Shown here: positions 18,718 through 27,788 of the stretch, piece after piece
How positions within the stretch are numbered: the first letter of the stretch is position 1
How the letters are laid out: every line of letters starts with the position of its first letter
DNA from: Candidatus Obscuribacteraceae bacterium
GTDB lineage: Bacteria; Cyanobacteriota; Vampirovibrionia; Obscuribacterales; Obscuribacteraceae
DNA length: 64,000 bases
NCBI GenBank assembly: GCA_044226015.1
Contig: JBGAHS010000008.1
Coordinates: forward strand, 384,001-448,000
Reading direction: 5' to 3'
Notes under the pieces: generated by a model
What the model was told of the DNA's origin: nothing
Database searches by the model: none
Seen by the model: the letters and a program-made list of their open reading frames with translations, nothing else
Made by a program: the position numbers and the translations under genes

Positions 18718-20061
18718 TCAAATAGCAGCCTCAAACTTTTGCTTGCTATCCAAAAACTGGTCGAGAAGAGGCTTCTGCCATAGTGTCGCAAACATATTTG
18801 TCGAAAATAGAGCCATCGCAATCAACTCGATTACAGCAGAGAGAGGCAAAGTTTGCCAACAAATCGAAACCGAGAAATCATAGGCGAGAATCTCCGACGC
18901 CACGCGAAGAAGACAGCCCAGATTTAAAACCAAACTTGCTGCAAACATCAGAGTCTTGCTGAAAATGGCTTTGCGTCCGGAAAACGCGGGCAACAGCTTA
19001 GGACCAATATTGAACACCATTGTTGAGAAGAAGCCAACGGTGATAGCATGCCTGGCAGCACCGGCGGTGCCATTTGCCATTGGATAAATAGCAGAAATGA
19101 GAAACAACAATGCCGAAGAGAAGAGCCAGACAAAAGCAATTTTGATAAATGTGGGAAAACTTCGATGAACACCAATTATTTTGGCGCTCGATTCAGCTGG
19201 TGCGAACAAGTTCAATCCATAAATCATTTAGATGGTTGATACCAGAATAAACGACTCTGGAACAATTGCAATCTTAGCGGCGCAAAAACAGAGTGCCAGC
19301 AAATTTGCTATCGCCGAAAATCGGACAAAGCTGGATGATGGCTGCCGCGCCCCAATAAGAGCGGGCAGCCATCTTGCGCACAAACCCCAAACAGTTGGAA
19401 CAATCCATCCCCACACAGCCCCATAAAGAAAGGTTCGACCAGCAAGCACTGGCACAGATGGAGAAGCACTGTGAGCCGACAGGTCAAGCATCATCTGGAC
19501 GTTGATACCCATCAAAGTAAGCCAAACAAAACTAGCACTTATGAGCAACAATGCCCAAGGTTTGCTTCCTTTCTTACTCTTTTTCCGGATACTCCCTTCA
19601 ACAGTTTTACCGACAAAAAATGCAACAGCTATAAACTCTAGCACCGCCGAGAGTGGCATCAGGATGTGCCATGCTGTGTCACTTACTGCAGCGTACCAGC
19701 GCATCGCCACACCAGACCCCCAGAGCAAGAGACACAACCACCCCTCTAACATTCTCTCTGAGCACATCTTGCGCAAATTCGGAATCGAATAGAACCCAAT
19801 ACCCAAAATGAATGTTCCTATCCAACCGAATAGCTGCGCATGACCATGCGCCTGAATCCATAATGTAGTGGCCGCTGACGGGTCGCTTTGCTTGCTGATT
19901 GCAATCAGGTTCCAAACGCCAAGTAAGGTACCGGGAATCAACATAAAGAAGAGTCCAGAGGCAATAAAAGCTGCGAAAACTCTTATGAGATTGCGTTCTT
20001 GCAGCATACGCGCCGAATGCAAATCAGATTGAGCAGACGTAGAGCATGAGTTGTTCGACAT
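18718..20061 (-). pseudogene. nnrS: NnrS-family membrane protein interrupted by one in-frame TAA (19228-19230)
   Basis: HGHAQLFGW motif in the 5' part and RHAITVG in the 3' part; both ORFs are in the same frame and abut as ...ATC TAA ATG ATT... Confidence 0.75.
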
Positions 20062-20067
20062 AATTTA

Positions 20068-20091
20068 ATTCTGGACCCTTATGTCCAGAAT
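20068..20091. promoter_or_regulatory. Palindromic operator (GGAYA-N4-TRTCC type), candidate Rrf2 site
   Basis: attctGGACC-ctta-TGTCCagaat immediately upstream of the nnrS ATG. Confidence 0.6.
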
Positions 20092-20216
20092 AGAGAAAAC
20101 TTTCCGTACATTCATCGCTCGAACGAATGAAAACGCAAGTTTTGCTACCTCGAAAGGATGATTACGTTTTTGGCGGAGATGCGCTTCAATAGATTCACAG
20201 TTATCGTGTGTGAAAT

Positions 20217-20639
20217 ATGCTGCAACAACAACCACCTGAATTTGCGTGTCCAATCAACGCGCTTATGGAAATCATCAGCGCAAAATGGACAACGGAAATA
20301 ATTCGAGAGCTGTCCGTGCAACCCACGCGAACTCGAAAATTCCTATTGCACATTCCAGGGCTGAGCATGAAGACCCTCAGTAGAAGGCTTCACAGCTTGG
20401 AAGCTGCAGGCTTGGTCAATCGACATGAGTTTGAAGGCAAACCGATAAAGGTCGAATATTCACTGACAGCTGCAGGTGTAAAACTCTGCGGAATTCTCGA
20501 ACAAATGAAAGTGCTACAGCAGGAATTGAACAGCTCTTGCTTGAATTGCAGTTGCTCCATTCAGAAGGAATGCTTCGCTCAACCTGAACTTTTGGCGTGC
20601 CCCCACAGGCGAACCAAAAGACAGCGCGGCGAAACATAG
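20217..20639 (+). CDS. HxlR-family winged-helix regulator with Cys-rich tail
   Basis: CPINALMEIISAKWT...IPGLSMKTLSRRLHSLEAAGLV.R......KVEYSLT. Confidence 0.9.
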   Translation: MLQQQPPEFACPINALMEIISAKWTTEIIRELSVQPTRTRKFLLHIPGLSMKTLSRRLHSLEAAGLVNRHEFEGKPIKVEYSLTAAGVKLCGILEQMKVLQQELNSSCLNCSCSIQKECFAQPELLACPHRRTKRQRGET

Positions 20640-20819
20640 TTGAGAGCAGCTTAACCCAAGTGCAGAAAGTTCCAGCCCTAACAGATAATCGTTAGCGCGC
20701 AACTTTCAGTTAATGAAGCTGAAGTATCCCTATTACAACTAAAACCTAGAATTTTTTCAGCACATGCGGTATCTTTTTCGCCTTAAATGTCTATTTGTCC
20801 ATATACAGAGAACCTAATC

Positions 20820-21143
20820 ATGAGTAAACTTCCCGGTCGCTTTCTAAAATTCAAAGACACCTACCCCGATGTATTTCAAGCATACGAAAGTCTCGGCAAA
20901 GCTGCCGCAGAATCAGGACCACTGAATAAGAGAGAGATATCACTTGTAAAACTTGGTATCGCAGCTGGTGCAAAAATGGAAGGGGCAGTTCATTCGCATA
21001 CTCGTCGTGCCCTAGAAGCCGGCGCAAGCCCAGAAGAAATTAGACACGTGGCTTTGCTAGCGGTGACAACGCTCGGCTTCCCCACCATGATGGCGGTGCT
21101 TTCATGGGTCGATGAAACACTCAATGGAGAAAAGAAGCCCTAA
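20820..21143 (+). CDS. Carboxymuconolactone decarboxylase/AhpD-like protein
   Basis: GPLNKREISLVKLGIA...AVHSHTRRALEAGASPEEIRH...TTLGFP. Confidence 0.88.
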   Translation: MSKLPGRFLKFKDTYPDVFQAYESLGKAAAESGPLNKREISLVKLGIAAGAKMEGAVHSHTRRALEAGASPEEIRHVALLAVTTLGFPTMMAVLSWVDETLNGEKKP

Positions 21144-21470
21144 GATCAAATTCCTTTTCAGCCAGAGCGCTTGTCCTGCAGGTCTTGAAGAAGAGGATTA
21201 AGGCTGGTGACGAAAATGTTTCCATCTCAGGGTCGAGAGATTTATCCGTCCGATGTAAGAGAATACAGAAAGCCGAAACGATGTTTCGCCGGACCGGATA
21301 AATTGACCAAACTAAAGTGATACCTTTGCAATTATTTTGGTTCCGGCGAAATGTCAACCCTGCTGCCATCGGCTACCAAACACGATCCCCGACTGCCAGT
21401 CAGTGCAAGAGCACAACTCGGCAGTCGATTACCTTTTTGGTGCCGATCTAAATATGCAGGAAAATGAAGG

Positions 21471-21679
21471 TGCGAATGCTAATACTCAGTTGCGCATGCT
21501 GATACTCAGTTGCGCATACTGATACTCGGTTGCGAATGCTAATACTCAGTTGCGCATGCTGATACTCAGTTGCGCATACTGATACTCGGTTGCGCATGCT
21601 GATACTCGGTCGCGCATGCTGACACTCAGTTGCGCAGCGAGACACTCAGTAGCGCATGCGAGACACTCAGTTGCGCAGT
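21471..21679 (-). repeat. 20-bp tandem array (~10 copies, 60-bp higher-order period) overlapping the nrdG stop
   Basis: Unit gatactcagttgcgcatgct; the last copy contains tca 21667-21669 (LRN*). Confidence 0.92.
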
Positions 21680-22386
21680 GAGAAATTGGGAAATAGCTCT
21701 GCAATTCGTTTTATAGTCGAATTACTCATTCCAGCAAAACTTCCGCAGAGTTCGGCATCTTCGCAGCCTTTTCCTCGGAATATTTGCAAAGCATAGTTTT
21801 TGACACCCATACTTTTCAGCTCCTCTGCCAACTGAAAAGACTTTTCCTCAGTTGATAAAAGAGAATGAAAGGTTGTTCGAACCTCGTAGTCGAGACCAGA
21901 TTCAAGAAGCAGCTCAAGGGAATTAAAGGCTTCGACGCCTGAATTTTCCTCCAGTGTGATGCATCGATAATCGCTCTGCAGTGCTTTGATATCTAATCCA
22001 ATCCAATTGAGCTTCGGTAAAAGAGGTTCAAGAAGTTTTGAACTGGCACCAGATGTATGCAGCCCAACTTTGAACCCCATTTCGCGCACAAGAGTTATAG
22101 CTTCCAAAATTCCTTTTTGAAATAGTGGCTCTCCACCACTGAAAACAACAGCATCGAGCAAGCCTCGCCGGGTCAGCAAGAAACGACAAATGTCTTCAAA
22201 CGATATTCCCGGCGAACTTTTGAACTCACGCAAATGAGGGTTTTGACAGTAGCGACAACGCAAAACACAGCCCTGACAAAATACAACCGCAGAAAGATTG
22301 CCAGGGAAGTCGCAGCAACTAAATGGAACAAACCCTCCAACATTCAAAATCGGGGTCACGGTTCCAAGCTCACAACCGTATTGCAT
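21667..22386 (-). CDS. nrdG: Anaerobic ribonucleotide reductase activating enzyme (radical SAM)
   Basis: GGFVPFSCCDFPG..SAVVFCQGCVLRCRYCQNP, VVFSGGEP; adjacent to nrdD; start uncertain. Confidence 0.92.
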   Translation of the reverse strand: MQYGCELGTVTPILNVGGFVPFSCCDFPGNLSAVVFCQGCVLRCRYCQNPHLREFKSSPGISFEDICRFLLTRRGLLDAVVFSGGEPLFQKGILEAITLVREMGFKVGLHTSGASSKLLEPLLPKLNWIGLDIKALQSDYRCITLEENSGVEAFNSLELLLESGLDYEVRTTFHSLLSTEEKSFQLAEELKSMGVKNYALQIFRGKGCEDAELCGSFAGMSNSTIKRIAELFPNFSLRN

Positions 22387-22547
22387 TTCTCTTCAACAAA
22401 GTGCTTTCTCTCGGAGTGTTCGCTCTTCTTACCCTTATTAAAGGATGAAACAGGGCGGTGATATCCCATTACTCTTGTCCAGACTTCGCACTTCTGTCTT
22501 TCTTGTTCGTCAAGTTGAACAACGGGTTGCTCTTCTGTATTTTTCAT
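22356..22547 (-). CDS. Stand-alone glycyl-radical domain of class III RNR
   Basis: CEVWTRVMGYHRPV glycyl-radical loop; own RBS AAGGAG after the nrdD stop. Confidence 0.9.
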   Translation of the reverse strand: MKNTEEQPVVQLDEQERQKCEVWTRVMGYHRPVSSFNKGKKSEHSERKHFVEEKCNTVVSLEP

Positions 22548-22563
22548 TATCTTTCTCCTTGAT

Positions 22564-24606
22564 TTATTGAGCGCGCTTCTTTGCCATTAAGTCTTCATCG
22601 CAAATCGGACAATACTCGTGTTCTCCATTCAAATAGCCATGTTTAGGACAAATAGAAAAGGTTGGAGTTATAGTTATATAAGGCAATCGGAAACAACTCA
22701 ATGACTTCCGAACCAAATTCTTACAGGCTTGAGAAGACGAGATTTTTTCATTCATGTATAAATGAAGAACAGTGCCACCAGTGTATTTTCGCTGAAGCAT
22801 TTCTTGCATTTCTAACGCAGCAAAAGGGTCATCAGAGCATCCGACAGGAAGTTGCGAGGAATTCGTGTAATATGGTGCCGCAATGGTGCCTGCCTGAAAA
22901 ATTCCAGGGAAACGTTTTTGATCTTCCTTGGCAAAGCGATAAGTTGCACCTTCTGCAGGAGTTGCCTCCAAATTGTACATGTGACCAGTTTCTTCCTGAA
23001 ATTGAGTTATGCGAGTCCTAATGTGGTCAAGGATTTCGAGCGCAAGGTCTCTGCCAACCGGGCTCGTGATATCGTATTCATTTCCAGAGAAATTACGAAT
23101 CAATTCGTTGATGCCGTTAACGCCAATCGTAGAGAAATGATTTCGCAGAGTGCCAAGGTAGCGCCGCGTATAAGGAAACAGTCCGTTGTCCATCAAACGT
23201 TGAATTTGTTTGCGCTTTATTTCAAGACTATTTCGGCAAATTTCGAGCAAATAGTCTAGCCGTTCCAACAGCGAATTCTTGTCATTTTTGAAAAGGAAAC
23301 CAAGGCGAGCGCAGTTAATTGTGACCACTCCAAGTGAGCCAGTCTGCTCCGCCGAGCCAAACAAGCCATTTCCGCGCTTCAAAAGCTCGCGCAAATCCAA
23401 CTGAAGACGGCAACACATTGATCGAATCATGTTAGGTTTCAATTCAGAATTTACAAAGTTCTGGAAATAAGGCAGCCCATATTTCGCCGTCATCGCGAAT
23501 AATCGCTCGCAATTTTCACTTTCCCAGGGGAAGTCAGCGGTAATGTTGTAGGTCGGAATAGGAAAGGTAAAGACTCTGCCTTTCTCGTCACCCTGCGTCA
23601 TAACCTCGATGTAAGCGCGATTTATCATGTCCATTTCGGACTGCAATTCGCCATAGGTAAAATCGAGTTCTTTGCCACCAATCACAGGTACTTGTTCGCG
23701 CAAATCTTCAGGACAAACCCAGTCAAAAGTCAGATTTGTAAATGGTGTCTGAGTGCCCCATCTCGATGGCACATTGAGGTTGTAAATCAACTCCTGGATG
23801 TTCTGTTTCACCGCCTCAAATGACATTGAGTCTTTTCTGATGAATGGCGCAAGATAGGTGTCAAAAGAGCTAAAAGCCTGCGCACCAGCCCATTCATTTT
23901 GTAAGGTGCCAAGAAAATTCACTATCTGTCCCACAGCGCTAGACAAATGCAGCGGCGGGCTAGCCTCGACTCTTCCTGGTACCCCGTTGAACCCCTCACG
24001 AAGCAGTGTTCGCAAAGACCAACCAGCACAATAACCAGACAACATATCGAGATCATGAATGTGAATATCAGCATCACGATGAGCCTGCCCGACCTCAGCC
24101 GGGTAAACATGACTGAGCCAGTAGTTTGCAGTTACCTTTCCGGAAACATTGAGTATCAGCCCGCCGAGAGAATAGCCTTGATTAGCGTTTGCATTCACTC
24201 GCCAATCTTCCTGGTTGATGTATTCATCGATGGAACCGACTACATCAATTACGGTGCGCTTGTCTTCACGCAGAATTCGGTGCTGCTCTCGATAAACAAT
24301 ATAGGCACGAGCTGTCTTTAAATATCCTGCATGAATGAGCGCGCGCTCAACCTCATCTTGTATTTGTTCTATTGAGGGCGTGCCACCAGAAAAGTTCTTT
24401 TGCAGTGAGTTCAGCACCCAGTTTGAAATAAGCTCAGCTACGCGCCCATCAAATTCATTTGTGGCTTCACCCGCACGCTTCACGGAAGAGAGTATTTTTT
24501 CTGCATTAAAAGAACAGACAGACCCGTTTCGCTTCACAACATAGCAGGGCAACTCAACGGAAAACTGAAGTGGAACAGTGGTATTCGATTGTGCTGAAAT
24601 TGTCAT
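22564..24606 (-). CDS. nrdD: Anaerobic (class III) ribonucleoside-triphosphate reductase with ATP cone, lacking the glycyl domain
   Basis: VVKRNG ATP cone, IHIHDL..LSGYC, RSMCCRL finger loop, EATPAEG, CPKHG...CPIC Zn site; start 24606 preferred. Confidence 0.95.
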   Translation of the reverse strand: MTISAQSNTTVPLQFSVELPCYVVKRNGSVCSFNAEKILSSVKRAGEATNEFDGRVAELISNWVLNSLQKNFSGGTPSIEQIQDEVERALIHAGYLKTARAYIVYREQHRILREDKRTVIDVVGSIDEYINQEDWRVNANANQGYSLGGLILNVSGKVTANYWLSHVYPAEVGQAHRDADIHIHDLDMLSGYCAGWSLRTLLREGFNGVPGRVEASPPLHLSSAVGQIVNFLGTLQNEWAGAQAFSSFDTYLAPFIRKDSMSFEAVKQNIQELIYNLNVPSRWGTQTPFTNLTFDWVCPEDLREQVPVIGGKELDFTYGELQSEMDMINRAYIEVMTQGDEKGRVFTFPIPTYNITADFPWESENCERLFAMTAKYGLPYFQNFVNSELKPNMIRSMCCRLQLDLRELLKRGNGLFGSAEQTGSLGVVTINCARLGFLFKNDKNSLLERLDYLLEICRNSLEIKRKQIQRLMDNGLFPYTRRYLGTLRNHFSTIGVNGINELIRNFSGNEYDITSPVGRDLALEILDHIRTRITQFQEETGHMYNLEATPAEGATYRFAKEDQKRFPGIFQAGTIAAPYYTNSSQLPVGCSDDPFAALEMQEMLQRKYTGGTVLHLYMNEKISSSQACKNLVRKSLSCFRLPYITITPTFSICPKHGYLNGEHEYCPICDEDLMAKKRAQ

Positions 24607-24625
24607 ATAGTTTGTTCCCCGATTC

Positions 24626-24641
24626 GCACCAAATATAGTGC
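24626..24641 (-). promoter_or_regulatory. NrdR box
   Basis: Minus strand gcactatatttggtgc fits the acaCwAtATaTwGtgt consensus, 20 bp upstream of the nrdD ATG. Confidence 0.65.
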
Positions 24642-24968
24642 CACTGATAAGTGAATGAGTAAGCTGCAAACAAGATAACAGCGAACTTTTGTAAGGGCAA
24701 GATAGCCGAAGTGACGAGACCTCGTTCACGAAGGAAAACCAGCAATGGTTGGCGGCTTTGAGGGAAATAGATTCGACTTAAGGATCAGATCGCATGCTGG
24801 TACCATATAAGCACCATGTCTCTCACACAGAAGTTACATATCTGTCGACGGTAGTGTTTTTTATGTCACCAGTTTCTTTCGAGACATTAAACCTAATCGC
24901 TGAATCATCCGATAGCGCAAATGAAGGATCAACCCTAAGGATGATAAAAAGCTGGATGAACAGAAGTT

Positions 24969-24994
24969 AAAATCGGATATAACTATCCAATTTT
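24969..24994. promoter_or_regulatory. Palindromic operator, candidate Rrf2 site upstream of ric
   Basis: aaaatcGGATA-taac-TATCCaatttt. Confidence 0.65.
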
Positions 24995-25019
24995 GAAAAG
25001 GTATACACAGAGGTCGTTT

Positions 25020-25757
25020 ATGAGTATCGAAACAGAAGCCGCTAGCGTGCAAAAAGACAGTACGGTGGGACAACTTGTCGCTGCCCGTCCAGAAAGAGCC
25101 AGCATTTTTGATGAGTTCGGAATTGACTATTGCTGTGGCGGCAAATTGACACTGGAAGAAGCTTGTCGACGAAAGGGTGTACGCATCAATGAACTGATTG
25201 AAAAACTTGACAGTCAGCATGAAAAAATTGTTGTCGAAAAAGACTGGAACGAAGTTTCACTAATTGAATTAACGAATCATATCGTGTTTCATTATCACCG
25301 CCCACTGCAACACCAGCTGCCGAGAGTTCTCCAGCTGGCAAAGAAAGTCGCCGATGCTCACGGAAAAAAACATCCTGAAATGATTGAAGTTTTTGAGATT
25401 TTTAGCGACTTCGCGTCTCAATTAGAATTGCATATGCACAAAGAGGAGATGGTCTTGTTTCCAGCAATTGCAAACCTCGAAAGCGGAGGGAAAGTCAGCT
25501 TCGGATGTGGCGGCGGAATAGAAATGCCAATCGCTGTCATGACGCAAGAGCACGACGAAGCAGGAGCCGCGCTTGAAGCATTTGAACGATTGACGAATAA
25601 TTTCACAGTACCAGAGGATGCATGCAATTCGTTCAGAGTCCTGGTGCATGCACTGGCAACGATAAAAGCAGACATGAAACAACATGTGCACAAGGAAAAC
25701 AATATCTTGTTTCCGCGCACACTTGCACTGGTTCACAGCAGCAGTACGAAACACTGA
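25020..25757 (+). CDS. ric: Iron-sulfur cluster repair di-iron protein (Ric/YtfE/ScdA)
   Basis: GIDYCCGG, HMHKEE.VLFP, MTQEHD, HVHKENNILFP. Confidence 0.95.
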   Translation: MSIETEAASVQKDSTVGQLVAARPERASIFDEFGIDYCCGGKLTLEEACRRKGVRINELIEKLDSQHEKIVVEKDWNEVSLIELTNHIVFHYHRPLQHQLPRVLQLAKKVADAHGKKHPEMIEVFEIFSDFASQLELHMHKEEMVLFPAIANLESGGKVSFGCGGGIEMPIAVMTQEHDEAGAALEAFERLTNNFTVPEDACNSFRVLVHALATIKADMKQHVHKENNILFPRTLALVHSSSTKH

Positions 25758-25775
25758 ACCTGCAAAAATACTAAG

Positions 25776-25811
25776 GTGAGAGCTGCATGAGATCGGTCAT
25801 GCAGCTCTCAC
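25776..25811. terminator. Perfect 15-bp inverted repeat between convergent genes
   Basis: gtgagagctgcatga-gatcgg-tcatgcagctctcac. Confidence 0.65.
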
Positions 25812-25967
25812 GAATTCGTGGTTTACGCTTTACGGGATCCGCGGTGCACGCTGTACGGAATCCGTGGTGCACGCTGTACGGGATCCGCGGTGCACGCTGC
25901 ACGGGATCCGTGGTTTACGCTGCACGGGATCCGCAGTGCACGCTGCACGGGATCCCTGGTTTACACC
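25810..25967 (-). repeat. 23-bp tandem array (~7 copies) overlapping the radical SAM gene stop
   Basis: Unit acgggatccg(c/t)ggt(gc/tt)acgctg(c/t) at 25832, 25855, 25878, 25901, 25924, 25947; last copy includes tta 25961-25963. Confidence 0.88.
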
Positions 25968-27628
25968 TTGTCTGATACGCTACCAGCGCTAACAAGTTCT
26001 TTTTCTGCTGTAGCATTTTTGATCACAGCAGACTTCGTCTGCACTTTGCCATCATGCCGATATTGCTTGTACATGGTCGGAGGTTGATACATATGTTTTG
26101 GATTGCGAAGTTTGAATCTCTCAACAGCCGACGCCGCAAGCAAGACTTTTGAAGCAATCTTCTCAACAAAGGTTTCGCCTCCGAATTCTTTTTTGTACTC
26201 CCCTTCAAGGTAATTCACAAGATCTAAAGTTGCCTTATTTTCTGCGCTGCTTCGACATGCCTCAAACACAGGGCGCAACTCGATACATCGCTTCTTCAGC
26301 CGCTCAGTCAAACCACTTATACGTGGGTCGGAGTGCTTCTTCACCGTTCTATAACCACGCAGAGATGTATCCGCAAGCCGAAGCAAAGACGGACCATGCT
26401 TTTCATAATCTCTCAAGAAAGCCATCTTAGTGTACGCAGCCGTCTCATCTCGAGTGAAGTGCTCGTGATTGAACCAGATTTTGTCCTGTCCGTGCCAGTC
26501 TTCAAATGGTACGTCAAATCTAAGCTTTCCTTGTTGGTGATAGTCCTCGAATAAAGCGGTTCCAGGCAAAGGTCCGAGCTCCATAAATTGCACAAAATCA
26601 GTTTCGAGATCAATCAAGTAGTCGATGTCTTCATAGATAGTCTCAGGAGTGTGGTGCTCAAGGAACAAAATACCAGAGCCCAAAATTTGAATTCCATACT
26701 GTCGCAACGAAGCAATTATTGCTTTGAGATCGACCCCCTTTGTTTTGGTATAAATGTCACGCTTGGATTCGACCCCTATCCAAACAAAGTCGATGCCGAG
26801 CTTAACGAGGAACTCAACGCCAACAGCGTTAATTGTCTCTGCCGACGAAAAAACACCCAAATGAAAATACTTATTATGCTTCTCCATAATCTGAAGCAAC
26901 TCTTCTGCTCGGGGACGATTCTTGAGGAAATTTTCGTCCATCACAAAAAATTCGTTTACGCCAAGCTCTTTTTCAATTTCGCAGAATGTATCGAATAAAA
27001 TCTGTCCAGAATTTAGAAAACCGATATAGCTTTTTTGGAAGTGATGCGATGTTGCACAAAATCGGCAGGCATTCACGCAACCCAAGCCAGGAATTATCAC
27101 AGCTGCCTTTGCCGGAATCGGCAGCCCCATTACGCGCCTGTTAATGGTGGATTTCATAATCGGATGTCGCAGCGGGGCAGCGCTATCTTCTCCCAATAAG
27201 TTTCGAAAGAAGTTTATGCCTTCACCTTTGCAAATATAATCACACGGTATGATTTTATCGAGGTCTGTTAAACCTGTGCCGTGCCCGCCGAGAACAATCT
27301 TTGTTTTAGGATAATGCTGACGCACATACTCAGCCATCGCTTTTGCTTTGATTATGTTTGCGGTAATGAAAGAGATACCCACATAATCGTAGCCTTTCTC
27401 AAGTTCTTTCTTGAACCTGTCAAACGAAGGAAAATCGAGCACCGCCGTTGGTGTCTGCAGATTTTCAGCGATGAGATAAAGCCCAAAGCTGGGATGGTTC
27501 ATTCGTAATGAAAATACTCCTTGCTCACGTGTCACTTGATTGTGAAATAGTTCCATCACGTTGAGCCGTCGCCCGTATTCATCGTCAACTCCATACGGTC
27601 CAAACACAGAGCTAAGTAGTAATTTCAT
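25961..27628 (-). CDS. Cobalamin-binding-domain radical SAM protein
   Basis: VGISF...KIVLGGHG B12-type domain; GCVNACRFC; FFVMDENF; WIGVES; PLPGT. Confidence 0.85.
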   Translation of the reverse strand: MKLLLSSVFGPYGVDDEYGRRLNVMELFHNQVTREQGVFSLRMNHPSFGLYLIAENLQTPTAVLDFPSFDRFKKELEKGYDYVGISFITANIIKAKAMAEYVRQHYPKTKIVLGGHGTGLTDLDKIIPCDYICKGEGINFFRNLLGEDSAAPLRHPIMKSTINRRVMGLPIPAKAAVIIPGLGCVNACRFCATSHHFQKSYIGFLNSGQILFDTFCEIEKELGVNEFFVMDENFLKNRPRAEELLQIMEKHNKYFHLGVFSSAETINAVGVEFLVKLGIDFVWIGVESKRDIYTKTKGVDLKAIIASLRQYGIQILGSGILFLEHHTPETIYEDIDYLIDLETDFVQFMELGPLPGTALFEDYHQQGKLRFDVPFEDWHGQDKIWFNHEHFTRDETAAYTKMAFLRDYEKHGPSLLRLADTSLRGYRTVKKHSDPRISGLTERLKKRCIELRPVFEACRSSAENKATLDLVNYLEGEYKKEFGGETFVEKIASKVLLAASAVERFKLRNPKHMYQPPTMYKQYRHDGKVQTKSAVIKNATAEKELVSAGSVSDKV

Positions 27629-27788
27629 TGAAAGGATTCCTTCGTTTGCGAAAAGTGCATGAATCGCCACTTTAGCAAGGGAGAAAATAACTGTCACCTG
27701 AGCACCCATAAGTAACCGGTGACATAAAAGTAACCATAAAGACGCAAAAGGCTTACAATGCGGTTGCACAGCAGAGGACGACAAGTGT

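Noticed and set aside
20787..20802. Fifth Rrf2-type operator before the CMD gene
   Set aside because: Only the TGTCC half-site is present.
21471..21679. CRISPR array or coding ORFs (21337-21522, 21448-21645)
   Set aside because: Head-to-tail 20-bp repeats without spacers; the ORFs are by-products of the repeat.
22547..22564. Frameshift or pseudogene break in nrdD
   Set aside because: A clean stop followed by AAGGAG and ATG indicates a separate gene.
25787..26087. Short plus-strand ORFs with CTLYG repeats
   Set aside because: Translations of the 23-bp array; no RBS; overlap a terminator and a convergent gene.
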